From the human T2T-CHM13v2.0 reference genome, Homo sapiens: a stretch of DNA of 64,000 nucleotides. The stretch is taken from the NCBI RefSeq assembly GCF_009914755.1, contig NC_060933.1. The stretch is one strand, 5' to 3'. A program made the translations under genes and the position numbers. Below the pieces are notes generated by a model. It saw only the letters and a list, made by a program, of their open reading frames with translations, was not told where the DNA came from and searched no databases. Shown in pieces: positions 32,800 to 46,987 of the stretch. Position 1 is the stretch's first letter. Each line of letters opens with the position of its first letter.

Positions 32800-33206
32800 T
32801 GTATTAGTTCATTCTTGCATTGCTATAAAGAAATACCTGAGACCGGGTTAAGAAAGGAGGTTGAATTGGCTCACTGTTCCACAGGCTGTACAGGAAGCAT
32901 AATTCTGCCATCTGCTTGGCTTCCGGGGAGGTGCCAGGGAACTTACAATCATGGTGGAAGGTAAGGGAGAAGCAGGCAGGTCTTACATGGCAGGAGCCAG
33001 GAGCAAGAGAGATTGTCTTTTAAACAATGAGATCTCGAAATTACTCACTATCCACAGAACAGGAACAGCACCAAAGGGATGGCCCTAAACCATTCATGAA
33101 GGCCCACCCCCACGATCCAGTCACCTCCCACCAGGCCCCACCTCCAACACTGGGGACTACAACTGGACATGAGATTTGGGTGAGGATACAGATTCAAACC
33201 ATGTAA
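32800..33206 (-). mobile_element. MSTA solo LTR
   Basis: tgtattagttcattcttgcattgctataaagaaatacctgag...cacctcccaccaggccccacctccaacac...caaaccat. Confidence 0.9.
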
Positions 33207-33703
33207 GTCTCTTTCATAAAATAAACATACGCAGTAAAATTCTTGAAAACATGAGTAATTTATAACTCAAGGAAATCAATCTATGGTGAAGGGGGCCATG
33301 TTTTAAAATTTTATTTATGAGACAGATGGAGATAGAGGGAGAGAGAGAGATCAATAAACAAAAAATAGGAGTTCTAATTTTAGTTTTAACTTTTGAAAGT
33401 TATATCACTATTTAATATGAAGATATTTTGGTTATACCAATATAATGACAAACATCCAGATAAAATTTTTTTATCTAGATTTTCTAATAAACGTACAGGC
33501 TAATACAAATATTTAAAATTTAAATACATATTCCTTTTCTGTATCCTTATACAGATTTTCTACTACATGGAAAAGGGTACGTTTTATCTTTTGCTCCTGG
33601 AAAACACAGTCATAGGTTGTTTTATACCATAAGAATTCAAAACTTGGGATAAAGAACAAGCAATGGACAAGTAAGAAATATAGTGTGATATCAGTAAACT
33701 TGA

Positions 33704-34237
33704 ACTACCTTGGCTTTAAAATAATGGCAAACATATATATATGTGTATATATATACACACACACATATGTATGTGTATATATGTGTATATATATACACAC
33801 ACATATGTATGTGTATATGTGTGTATATATACACACACACACGTATGTGTGTATATATATATACACACACACGTATATATATACATATATATATATGTAT
33901 ATATATATATATATGCCATTATTTTAAAGCCAAGATAGTCTAGGAAGTCTTCCTCTAGGAAGACCCACAGGTGCCTACTTGAAATATATATATATATACA
34001 CACACACATATATATACACGTATATATATACATATATGTGTGTATATATACACATATATGTATATACACACACATATGTATATATACACACATATACACA
34101 TATATGTATATATACACACATATACACATATATGTATATATACACACATATACATATATGTATATACACACACATATATGTGTGTATACATACATATATA
34201 TATATTTCAAGTAGGCACCTGTGGGTCTTCCTAGAGG
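33704..34237. repeat. Double palindrome: two (TA/CA/TG)n microsatellites, each flanked by unique inverted arms
   Basis: Arms 33704-33729 / 33914-33939 (25/26) and 33952-33984 / 34205-34237 (33/33). Confidence 0.95.
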
Positions 34238-35144
34238 TGCCCTCCCAGCTCACAGAATCCTTTAACTTTCCTACAACTATTTACAATGGCAAATTGTGCT
34301 CTGCCTAATAGCCCTGAGTGGTTGGTCTAGAAATGGGCCCAGGACTTAAGGTAGGTAAATCAGAGTCTTGTTCCCTGGAATTTGTAATTGAGGAAGAGAA
34401 AAACAGAGAGAATGAATGAGGCAGGGGAGGGGATGGAGAGAGGGAGAGAGAAATCAATAAAGAGAGAAGGAGTGAGACTTTCTTCAGGTGAATACATAAG
34501 CTTAGTACCCATGGTACACACTTCTTACACCTACCCCATGTATTAGAGAAAAGCAGTAGCCACACTAAAGAAACAACGGAAAGATATAGACAAGCAGAGA
34601 GGAATTGAAATAAAAGTAGATGAAAAAGTCCAGACAGGCTTCCAGTCCCTGATTTCAATGCCTTCCTGAGGCAGATACCATTCTAATCCTTATACCTATT
34701 TCTTTATTTCAAGAAGCTGTAATTTGTAAGACAAATTCATTTTCCAGAAAGAAAAAGAATGGTAGAGAAGTATGTCATTTTTATAACATATGCAATATCA
34801 GAAAAGTTAAAATGTCACTGTGAATTGGGAGGAATATGTGAATATCTTTGATGCTTTAATTTTATTGCAGTGATATCTGTTACTTGAAATAAAAGGACTT
34901 CTGAAATATATCATTTAATTCCTTATTTTATTCTGAAATATCAACATATTCATCCTCTTTCAGGATATAAAGTCAGAGGTAGAGCCAGGCTACACATAAT
35001 ACCTAAACTAATACACCTATTGCATTTATAGCAATTAATATCTTCAAAAATATGACCAGGCTGTTATTTGTTGGGTTTTCTTAGCTATCATATATATCCC
35101 TTCTTTGGTGTCATCTATCATCGTGATTGTATTACATCTGTAAT

Positions 35145-35380
35145 AAGAGGCAGAATGCAGTGACTAAGACCATGAATTATGGGACCATGTTATCTAGGTT
35201 TGCATTTGGAGCCATTACCTGTAATAAGACCCTGAGTAATATATTTATCCTCTCTGTGCTCCAGTTTCCTCATTTGTTAAATGACAGTAACAGTACATAA
35301 CTGATAAGATGTATAGGAATATGCTAGTATTTGTAAATGTCCTTATAAAATCTTGGTACATAGTAATGTTATATGTTAAT
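35145..35380. mobile_element. MIR
   Basis: ctctctgtgctccagtttcctcatttgttaaatg...cttggtacatagtaa. Confidence 0.75.
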
Positions 35381-38300
35381 TCTTTTAAAGGAACTTCTAG
35401 AATAAATCAGGCAAACAATAAAAGAAACATGTTTTAGTACACAAAAATCTTCACATGTAATAAAGAGAATCTTCAAAATATAAGAGTTTGAGTTATGAGA
35501 TATTCTATACATTTTAAAGGCAAATAGATTATTTATGGGGAAAATATAATGACAAAGCCTGTGCTTACAAAAATCACAGTGAATTAAAGAGTTAAATACA
35601 AAGGATGAAGCCTAGAAGAATACGTAAGCAAATGTGTAACAGATTTCTGGAGGGAAATGTACTGCTTATGCCGAAGAAAAAGCAAAGGGATTAACAATGA
35701 AAGAAAATATTATTTATTGAACATAAATCTTTACAGTTTTCAAATAGTAGAAATCTTAAAACTGAAAATATGATACCGAGAAAGTAATTCTTACAATTAG
35801 AAGAGTTAATAAATTAATATCCACAATGGTGACATAATCTTGCATATCAAAATAAGAAATCACATGCAAGAAAATTTAAAAAGAGCTTAAATATTTAGAA
35901 ATTATTGGTTACATATTACAGAAACATGACTCAATCTAGATGGGCAAAAACGAAAAAACATTGTTTATTAGCTTTTGTTATTGGAAACATCTATGTGGTG
36001 CAATTTGATTAAAGCAGAGTTAAATCCAAGGGTACTATCAAGTTTATGAACGTGTTTTCTTTTTTCTATATTTTAGTCCTATTTGCTTCTGCCTGCCTTC
36101 ATTCGCAGACATGCTTCTTCAACATGGCATTATGATGTCAGGAAAACCGTCATAGGTTGACCCAAGCCTCTATTGTTTTTAGAACTTTTATTAACAGAAC
36201 AGGGGGATAATTCTTTTTTCAGTATCCATACATCAATAGACAAAAATTCTGATTGCATCTACTTAGAACATGTGGTTATTTGGTGGGGCTGCATGAGGGT
36301 TGGGAATGGGGGCAGGCAGGGTTGACTTGGGACTAAGCCACATATTTCTGTGGATTCAGGGAGGGAGATATTTCCCAAAGGAGAGTGTGCTACACAGATG
36401 AAAACTCTATGTCTATTTAAGTATAAAACAGGTAACTCACCAATGAACTATAAATGGTTAATAAATATGGAAAAATTCAGATGTATTATAGAAAAAACAA
36501 AATCTACTTTAGGACAACATGAATGTATTATGTTTAGTTTTCACACTGGAAAAGGCCTGGTACAGTATTTCTAGAGGCACTACTAGAAGTATGTAGGAAG
36601 ACTGTGGAATATAGATTTTCAAAATCTTATGAGTATAAAAAATGTTCGTAATTTCTGACCCATGTCTAAGAATCTCTTCTAAGAACATAATCAGAGAGTA
36701 AAAGCATATTTTATATAGAGGGGTATTTATTATATTTTGTCTATAATAAGATAAAACTAAAAATGCAAATGTTATCAATAGGAAAAAAGGACAAAATTAA
36801 CTTTGTTTTATATATATACAAACTGATATTATGCAGCTATTCAAATATTTAGTTGAGGAATTTTTAATAATTCAAGGTTGTATAAATAAAACACAAAGCT
36901 AAATGTTAAGTTTTGTATGGATTATTCTACTATTGTTTTCATTCTTTTTTTCCATTTCGATCTTCCAAGTTTATTTTTAATAAAAAAACCAAATTTTTGT
37001 CTTCTTTAATTTTGTAAGCTTCACTTGCTATCAATAGAAACTCTTCCTGCTCAGAAAGCTCTGTTTGAAAGTAAAGCACATTTTATAACATATTATATAA
37101 TCAATGTATTGCAGTGAGTTCTGCCAGTTTAGAGTTAAGGTTGACTATATTAACATTTCAAAATTTTTTTGAGAAGTGATATACATAATAACTATAGTTT
37201 TCATAAAATGCTTATACATTTGAATAAAGTGTAAAAATAAACAAACATAGACAGCTTAATTCTGCATTTAATGTAGCACTGATGCGAGAACTTAGAAAAA
37301 TATGGAGGAAAACAATATATTTCCAATTGTTATTTTTTAAGAATTACATGATTTTTCACTTCATCAGTATTTTCCTTGGGCATTGTAATGTTGCTATGTG
37401 CAAACTTTCCATGAAAATATATAACAGACAATTTACTAATGCAATACATAATATAGCTAATCAATATCAGGAAAGGCATTACAATTTATATTAAAGCAAC
37501 AATATGTCATTGCTTAATTTTTGTATTGCAAGGATGCTATTCTAGCAGTGGGTTTTACCAGACTGTAATATTTTCCTCAGTGTTGGCCATACAAATTTTT
37601 CTCCAGTGGCAGTCAGGAGATACACATGAGTAAAAATTAAACTGTTGGGTCCATAGTCCTCTGAGCTCAGAGGGGCTAATGCTTTTGAATAGTCGTTAAA
37701 AATCTTAACAGGTTTCACCTGATAATATTTGTATACCTAAAACAGGTAAAGTAGCACATCTATGCTTAAAAGAAACACAAGCATTTCTATTCCAATGGCA
37801 GATCATCTTCTTCAAAAAGACAAAAATCATAAACAGTGACAAAAATGTAAAAGAGCCAGAGAAGGAGGGACAATTGTTACATTAGGAAGGGAAACAATAA
37901 AAGCATTTCCAGATCACTGATCAGGCACTGTACAGCTATGTAAGGAACTGAAGGCAACCGAATCTCCAGTGTCAGCCATAGTAATAAGAGCTTGCCAACC
38001 CGCCTGTGCCAGCATGCATGCATGCATATCGTGTATCAATACAGAGCCAACTTATTCTAAACAACTATTTCATTTAGAAAAACCAATATAGTGAAACAAT
38101 GCACCATTTTGGAACTTCAAGTTGAATTGTGCCCCAGCAGATAGTTTCTTTCCAAAGCAATTACTTTAGCATTTGGGGTGCATAACTTGAGAATAGTTAA
38201 TATACTGTACTTGTTCTCATGCCTTTGCATCACAGGATAACTTATGGGTGAATCCCAGGAGGGCTTTGTACAATCTCTGTTCATTTTTAGCAAGTAAATG

Positions 38301-38611
38301 TCCTCTTGATATTTACTGGGCTATTTCCTTTTTGCCTGACAAATGATTTCATGTGGAATAATCTCCTATGCAACTGTTCAAATAATAAATAATCTATAGA
38401 TGCATCGAGAACTTCCCTGTAGGAAACTAGAGATAGGGCAATCACTCATCCCAATCTTTTTGCTCTCCTTAGATGAATTTCCTCAGCATCTGTTTTAACG
38501 GCTGATTACATCTCTCAGTGAGGCTGTCTGTGTCTGACTGATAAAGGTGTAGTTAGCAAAGAGAAAATCCTCACAGTCTCCATAATTCTTCATTAAAAAG
38601 TATCCTCCCTC

Positions 38612-38986
<375 letters not shown>

Positions 38987-40112
38987 CTATAGGATCACAA
39001 AGCAAAATTATTTTACAAATCATTATATTCATCTCTAAGTAAAGAATGTCTTCCTCTGCTCTACAAAGAGATGACTTTTCATTCAGCAGGGAATACTTAT
39101 TTGGGTGTCACTTAAAATGTCACTTGTTATGCTTTCATGTAAATGGCTTTTTTAAAGCTCACATATATTTGTAGGTGATATTACTAAAGGTTTTGATACA
39201 GGATATTAGGAGGCTTGTTTTTAGGAAGAATTTGAGGTTGTTGCAACCCTAAGCTTTTCAGAGTGCACCATCCAGGACAGAGCAAAATCCTCCCAGAGTT
39301 CTTGTCCTCAGAATACCAAAACTGTGTCACAGTGGCATTACTACCTGCGATTTCTTAGACAGAACCTAGACAGACTGTGGAGAACTACCAAGTTCTCTGT
39401 ACTCCATCCTGATGGTGCCTGCAAAGAAAATATAAGAAGCTTTTTGTAGCTTTCCAAGACATTTAAAATCCTAGCAACAGCGTTTTTCCCAAGTGGTATC
39501 CTGAAGAAGCACTGTCAGCCAGGAACGTTTAGTGTCCACAATGTTGCTCAGGCTAAACAGTCTGGTTTTGCAGTTCTGCATCCCTTGGATCCGTTCATGG
39601 CCAAAGGAGTTTTTCCTGCCAAAGTATAAATGAGGCTGTATCTTCTCTCCCTGGACTCCAGGCCTTTTCCCATCAGTTATGGTCTCCTGACAACACAACT
39701 TATTTTTTGATGTTTAAATCCTGATTTACAAATCTAATTAGGCTTTCCTTGTCTCAAAATGTTGGTTTGAGTCTCCACTACCAGAGTGTAATTTCCAAGT
39801 TCTAATTCCCCATGTGTTCTGTTTGCAAGTGATTATGAATGCAAAGAAAATAGGAAATATGGCGGAAGTCTTGAAAATTTCAAAAATAAATGTTGGTGTC
39901 TATCCTATTGAGGAATATCATCAGTTGAGAAAGAAATAATATTTAAAAAATATTTTATATCAAATTAAATATTAGAACCTTTGTTTATAAGACAAGTAAA
40001 TGCTAAAGTAAGGATTCATATCAACAGACACCATTAAAAACCACTGCAGTAGGAAATGAATGGAGTTGTGTTTGGATTTGACTGTCTGCTTTCTTGAATG
40101 CTCTATCTAGGT

Positions 40113-40450
40113 CAGTGGTCATAACCTCAAATGTCTACAGATAAGAATTTAATATAAATAAATGAACCCCTCTGCACAGTGCATTGTGTGTAGGGGCAGC
40201 CTCTAATAATATCCATCGGTTATAGCCATGGTGTAAAACCGGTTATAGAGCATCGGTTATAGAGCATGGGGGTAGGTGTAAGTGTTGCCAAATATTCTGA
40301 TATTTCAGAAAAAAAGAAGCAAATACAATTTTTCGTGAAATATCCTGATTTTTAAATGTTAGCAAACCATTAATTAAAAATATAGTCACATTAAACAAAA
40401 CACATCTGTAAACTAAATCTAGTCCTTTGGGCATTGATTTGTAATTCTCG
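40113..40450. mobile_element. MER102 (hAT-Charlie)
   Basis: ctcaaatgtctacag...gtgttgccaaatattctgat...gtgaaatatcctgatttttaaatgttagcaa...aaacaaaacacatctg. Confidence 0.7.
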
Positions 40451-40499
40451 TAAATTACTACAATTTTTATTTCTAAAGCCTTACCTTTTATTAACATCC

Positions 40500-41270
40500 T
40501 CTTATGTTTACAAATTATTTTTAGTATATTCATTATGATCCTGAGAATATGACTACTTCTTACCATTATCACAGCTACCACCCCATTCTAACCACTCTAT
40601 CTCACTTGGCTACAGCCAATGCTTCTTATCTGGTCTTGAGTCAGTTTCCACTCTTGTTCGCCCTAATCCATTCTCCATATAGCAAACAGTGTAATCTTTT
40701 CCAAAATGCAAACTACATATTTTCACTCCTTTGCTCAAAGCTCTCCAGTGGCCAACCATATATTTAGAATAAAATCTAAACAACTTAACACAATAAGTAC
40801 CACTCCAATGAACCAACTCAAGTCTCTTTTTAGAATTTCACCTCCTGCTACCTACTCCTTAACCTGTTGGCCTTCCTGCTGGTTCTTGGATATGCCTTGC
40901 TCATTCTGCTTTTACACTTTTGCTTTGCCTATTCTCTCTTCATGGATTGCATATCTTTTGGTATGGCTTACTTCCTCATTTTATTCAAGCCTCTACCTTC
41001 TTAGTGAGATCTTCCCCGATATCTTTGTCCAAAATAATCTGATCTTCTCATTTTGCATCTTCTTGCTAATTTTTTTCTTCTTGCTTTTTCTTTTCACTAT
41101 CTGATATATTTTATATGCATCTATTTACTTTTGATCTCCCTCAACAGATTAAAAACACTGAGAGAAAAAGAATGTTATCTATTTATCACCATATCAATAT
41201 CTAGAAGATTTTCTATTACTTAGCAAGTGTTTATTGCTATTTGTTGCAAAAAGTAAATGAATGAATGAGT
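40500..41270 (+). mobile_element. L2 3' region
   Basis: ctcctttgctcaaagctctccagtggc; ends tatttgttg...aatgaatgaatga. Confidence 0.75.
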
Positions 41271-43344
41271 GTATCACCACTATTACCAAAGCCCAGAAAC
41301 ACTACCTTAATTCAAATCTTCATTGTTTATGATGTACACCTTTCACTGGTCTTCCACTGTAGTCATCCTACACCTACTTTCGGACTAAACTTCCTGAAGC
41401 ACCAGACAGCCGCGTCAGCTCTATATTCAGAATAGTCAATGCTAATTCTTCATTGCTCTTTTAGGAGTGCCTCCTCTGTACACCTGTGCACGTATTGGAT
41501 ATAAGTCTGTTACAGAACTTGTAAGGCTGTTGTAGAACTGTTTCAAATTACCAAATTCTTTATCTCCTTCACTAGAAAATAAATGTCTAAAAGTGTCTTA
41601 TCTAATGAATGCAGTGATTTACATTCATGTAGCCCTTCAAAAATTTTTAAAATGCTTGCATTTTATGTAGATGTAGTTAATATTCCTTTTCATAAGAGAA
41701 AACTGAGACTCAGAGAAACTAAATGACTTCTTAAAATCATACAACTTCAATAAAGCATTTTTTTAAACAAGTTCTTCAAATTTCAAGATTATTTTGTCCT
41801 TCCTGGTACAACAAAACTGCATTGCAAACAAGGAAAATTCAAACTCTTAAGTTTAATATTCAAGGATTTTAACATTTTGAATTGAAGCCACCTTACCAAA
41901 TTTGTTACTACTATTTCCCTTCAAATACTCCAAAATTTAGTAACTTAATTTTGAAAAATTACTTATACAGATATCTCTCTCCTTCTGAGTCTTTTCCCTG
42001 TATTTTCTCTATAACTGTAATAATTCTCCCTTCTATCTATGTCTTAGTTCTACCTTTTTTTATTTAAAGCTCAGCTAAAAAACTATCACCCTGAAGATAA
42101 CTTTTTTCATATTGTAACAAATATTCAGTTTGACATACCATAATACTTTAAACATTTCTTATGGAAATATTACATTTCACAATTGTGTGTTATTGAAATA
42201 AGCACATACCTAGGTTCTATGTATATAAAATATATCGATCATAACTGGACAATAAATTCACTTAGATGGAGTTGTGTTCAATTAATCTTTAACATTTCCA
42301 TAGAACATATGCCTGAGTATTAGTTAAGATTAAACTTAATTTCATATAGGAGAAAACCAAAACAAATGGTTTACACCCAAAGATAAATATTAAAGGGTAG
42401 AAAGGTGATTCCATAGTGCTCAGGAATTCAGGTTCCTTTTATTGCTGTCGAATAATCTGTACCATAAGGCTTTCATTTACAGGATGGCCCCTAACTGTAG
42501 CATTTGTACTACAGAAAGAAAACAGGGGAGGTGTATACCACATCCACAAATGGGTATCTGTAACAGAAAAGTGTACAATAAGGTTGAAACTCCATATGAG
42601 TAAAACAATATATCAGAGAAATACTATTGCAGTTATATTGACATCACACAAAACAGATCTGAAGGCAAAAATTGTCAAAATTCCACAATTATACAAGAAA
42701 TGCAACCAATCCACAAACATAGTGGGAGATCTTCAGATAATGTTCTCGTACCTAATAGATAAAACAGACACGATAAATAAAATCATTGAACATTTGAACA
42801 TGATCCAAAAGCTTGAACTAAAAGATATGTATTCATCATCTGCAAAATATACAGTGTTTTCAAACACGGACCTAAACAATCTATAAAAATTGAACCTATA
42901 TTGGCACAACAAAGGCCTCAAGAAATTTAAGAGATTGTGTTCTGGAAGTGCAATGTGATTATGTTAGAAAGCAAACACAAGAGATAACTAGAAAGACTAC
43001 ATTGTTTGAACATTACCAAAACACTGCTAAATAGTCCATATCAAAGAAGAAATTATAATTCAAATAATAGAACATTTAAAACTGAATAAAAATGTAAATA
43101 TTATATATTTATAAACATGGAATCCAATTAAGGCATTCTTTATAGATAAATGCATAACCTTATGTGCTCTTATGAGAAAAGTAGAAAGGCTAAAAATTAG
43201 GTGTTACATATCTCATTTAAAAGTAAGAATGAATAACAAAAGTATTCAAAGAAATCAGAGGGAGACTAAAATGAAAAAGCAGAAATCAACAAAATAGAAA
43301 ATAAGACACGATAGAGAGAAACAACAAAGCCAAGCGTTAGCTGT

Positions 43345-43722
43345 TGTATTAGTTCATTCTCATCCTGCTATAAAGAACTGCCTGAGAATAGGTAATTTAT
43401 AAAGGAAAGTGGTTTAACTGACCCATAATTAAGCATGGCTGGGAAAACCTCTGGAAACTTACAATCATGGCCGAAGGGAAAGCAAACATGTCCTTCCTCA
43501 CGTGGCAGGAGGAGAGAGAGAGGATGAAAGCCCAGAGAAGGGGGAAGCCCCTTATAAAACCATCAGATCTCTTGAGAAGTAACTCACTATCACAAGAACA
43601 GGATGGGGCAGTCTACCTCCATGATTCAATTATCTCCACCTTGTCCCTTCCACAACACGTGGGGATTATGGGAACTACAATTCAAGATGAGATTTGGGTG
43701 GGGACATATCCAAACCATGTCA
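43345..43722 (-). mobile_element. THE1D-like solo LTR
   Basis: tgtattagttcattctc...gccccttataaaaccatcagatctc...caaaccatgtca; TSD gctgt/gttgt. Confidence 0.9.
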
Positions 43723-44073
<351 letters not shown>

Positions 44074-44984
44074 CTATAAATTTGAAAATGTTAGTGAAAT
44101 GGGGATAAATTACTAGAAAAACATAACTTATCAAAAAATAGTTGCCCATTAACAAAAATAGAATCTACTATTGTTAATATTTCTGCCAAGAACTTGAGGC
44201 CTAGTAGTTTTACTGACAAGTTTGATGAAATATTTAAAGAACTAAATAATTCCATTTTTATACGATTTCTTTCAGAGAGTCAGAAGGAAGACGGAGAAAT
44301 CTAACATTAATTTTAACATTGATACCGTAACCTGATAAGAAGAGAGTGAAAAAGGAAAAATACTACTCCTGAATTTAGTTGCATAAATTATATAAATTCC
44401 AAACATAGGATTAGCACACTGAATCCAGCAACATATGAATACGATAATTCATTATGACCAACTTAGACTTAGCCTAACAATCAGAAATTGGTTGAACATT
44501 AGGACTTAGCCCAGCAATCAAAGATTGGTTGAACATCAGCAAATCAATTAATGTAAATTATCATATTAATGAATTAAAAAGATATGGGAATAATTATTTG
44601 ATAAAGCTTGGCATTCCTTCTTGATAAAACCTCTAACACACTAGAATGGAAGCTGTAGGAGATGCTTCTGTTGCCCTGCTTCTTGATTTCAGAGCAGCAT
44701 GTACTTTTAATCTCACCCAAAGCATTTGGCTGGGCATTCTCCTGCGTTCCTGCTTTAGGGCTTTCTCTAGAAAGCACAAAAGCCTTTGGTCGTTGCGTGG
44801 GTAGCCCAGAAAAGCAAGTAGTTAATGCACGGAAGCAATACTCAACCAGCGGGTTTGAGAATTCTTAGAAAAGTGTATGAATTCTGTAGATAAATAACAT
44901 AAAATTAAAAGATTTACCATGATATAACATTATCAGAGTAAGGCTAAATGCTGGAAGAACATAGGAGAATTTCAAATATACCTG

Positions 44985-45490
44985 TTTTTCATCAATAGAC
45001 ATACAATGAGCATCTCCTTTGTCAGACACTATGCTTAGTTCTGGAGAAGGTGTTGAACACCCTCACGGAGCTCAAAGTCAAGGGGAAGGGCAGCACTGGT
45101 AAACCCATTAAAACACGTTGCATGAAAAACTAAAATAGACATGGATGTAAGGTGTCATGGGAACACAAAAGCATCTGATGTTATCTAAAGGAGCTGGGGA
45201 TACTCTATTAAAGGAGAATCTCTATCAAACAGTGCTTCGAAGGCTAAGTAGAGTCTACATTACAGAAAAATGTGGGGTTTTCTATGGATAGCTAATGAAA
45301 ATCCAGAAGTCAAAAGGGTATGCTCTAGGAAGACTGACTGAGTATATCATCTGTATAGCGGGGAGCATAGTAAGAAACTACCAAGACAGTAGTTCAGAGA
45401 GATTTTAAAGAGCTCATATACCTGCAGGCTCTGGGAGACTTTGAATATTTAAAATAAGCAGTAATGTAATCAGTTGGCCTCAAGAAATGT
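44985..45490 (-). mobile_element. L2 fragment
   Basis: tgagcatctcctttgtcagacactatgcttagttctgg; cctcacggagctcaaagtc. Confidence 0.6.
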
Positions 45491-45934
45491 GGAAAAATAA
45501 GCCTTCAGTTGGGAAAAGGGAAATCTAGTACCATTTTTATACCAATAGAGTTGAGTTTAATGTTTTGAACATTAAAAGGGGCAATTTCAGTATATTCTTT
45601 TTTAAGAGAATATGAATGTGACATTAGTTCTTGAACTGAGGGGATTATAGCAGAAAAGGAAAACATGTGTCTGGAGTAACCACACTTTTCTCCTTTTAAT
45701 ATGTAAGAAAGCAAAGATGAATTAACCAATGAAGAAAAATTTTAAAACCTGGATTTTTAAAAATTATACATTTAGCCTTAAATATCTAAATTAGTGCTGC
45801 TCAGTAGAACTAACTTTAGCCAAACATTAATTCATGGATTCTAAATTACTCATCTGGTAACACACAGTTATTTAATGGTTTAATCCATTAAAAATAACCC
45901 CTCCAGATTGGATATTAGAAAATAAAAACAAAGA

Positions 45935-46218
45935 GGCCAGGCGTGGTGGCTCATGCCTGTAATCCCAGCTCTTGAGGAGGCTGAGGCTTGGGGGATCATG
46001 AGATCAGGAGATTGAGACCACCCTGGCTAACACTGTGAAACCCCGTCTCTACTAAAAATACAAAAAATTAGCCAGGCGTGGTGGTGCATGCCTGTAATCT
46101 CAACTACTCATGAGTCTGAGGCAGGAGAACTGCTTGAACCCAGGAGGTGTAGGTTGCAGTGAGCCAACCAAGATCATTCCACTGCACTCCAGCCTGGGTG
46201 ACAGAACAAGACTCCCTC
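45935..46218 (+). mobile_element. Alu (AluS/Y-type)
   Basis: Full Alu dimer from ggccaggcgtggtggctc. Confidence 0.95.
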
Positions 46219-46368
46219 TAAAATAAAATAAAATAAAATAAAATAAATAAAATAAAATAAAATAAAATAAAATAAAATAAAATAAAATAAAATAAAATAA
46301 ATAAAATAAATAAAATAAATAAAATTAAATAAAATATAAATAAAATAAAATAAAAAAATAAAATAAAA
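46219..46368 (+). repeat. (TAAAA)n pentanucleotide repeat in the Alu tail, about 150 bp
   Basis: Long pure TAAAA run followed by interrupted units. Confidence 0.97.
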
Positions 46369-46820
46369 TGCAAAACTAAAGACCTCCTAAAAACATAAAA
46401 TAACTAATGAGTAGCGCAAATACAGCATTTTTTTTCTCCAATACAGAAAGGTATTTTTATAACTTCTCTTATGCTGAGGCACTAAAAGTGATTTTTTTAA
46501 GTGACAAATCTTATCAGATCATTGATAATGAGGTTACCTACCTCAAAACAAATTGTACTTCCCTATCACTGGGATGGAAAATTTGAGATGAACTAATGAG
46601 GTTAGATACAGATTATTTGTTTTAAGCAGCCATAAGCATTTTAAGATCACCAAACAAGCATCAAAGACAACTCACTATGGTTTGCAGAATTATTTTCGTG
46701 GCTTTTGAAAGATAATATGTACTATCTTAGAGTCTCCATTGCAATGGTGAAGCATTGATTAGTCTTCTCACATATTGTACCCTTTATCTGGTCACCTGGT
46801 GGCATTCTGAGTTTTACCAA

Positions 46821-46987
46821 TTTATTTTAATTTTATCTATTTATGTATTTATTTATTTATTTATTTTTGTAGAGACAAAGTCTTTCTGTGTTTCCCAGGC
46901 TGGTCTTGAATTCCTGACCTCAAGATATCTTCCGAACTTGACCTCCCAAAGTGCTGGGATTACAGGCACGAGCCACCACACCCAGCC
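46821..46987 (-). mobile_element. Alu left monomer (FLAM-C-like)
   Basis: (TTTA)n tail plus gtagagac...cccaaagtgctgggattacaggc...cccagcc; TSD accaattt. Confidence 0.88.

Noticed and set aside
33685-34308. Many overlapping Y/I/T/H/C/V-rich ORFs on both strands
   Set aside because: Translations of TA/CA microsatellites, not genes; the same applies to 16727-17044.
36281-36332. G-run cluster with G-quadruplex potential
   Set aside because: Irregular loops inside a probable old LTR remnant; no further support.
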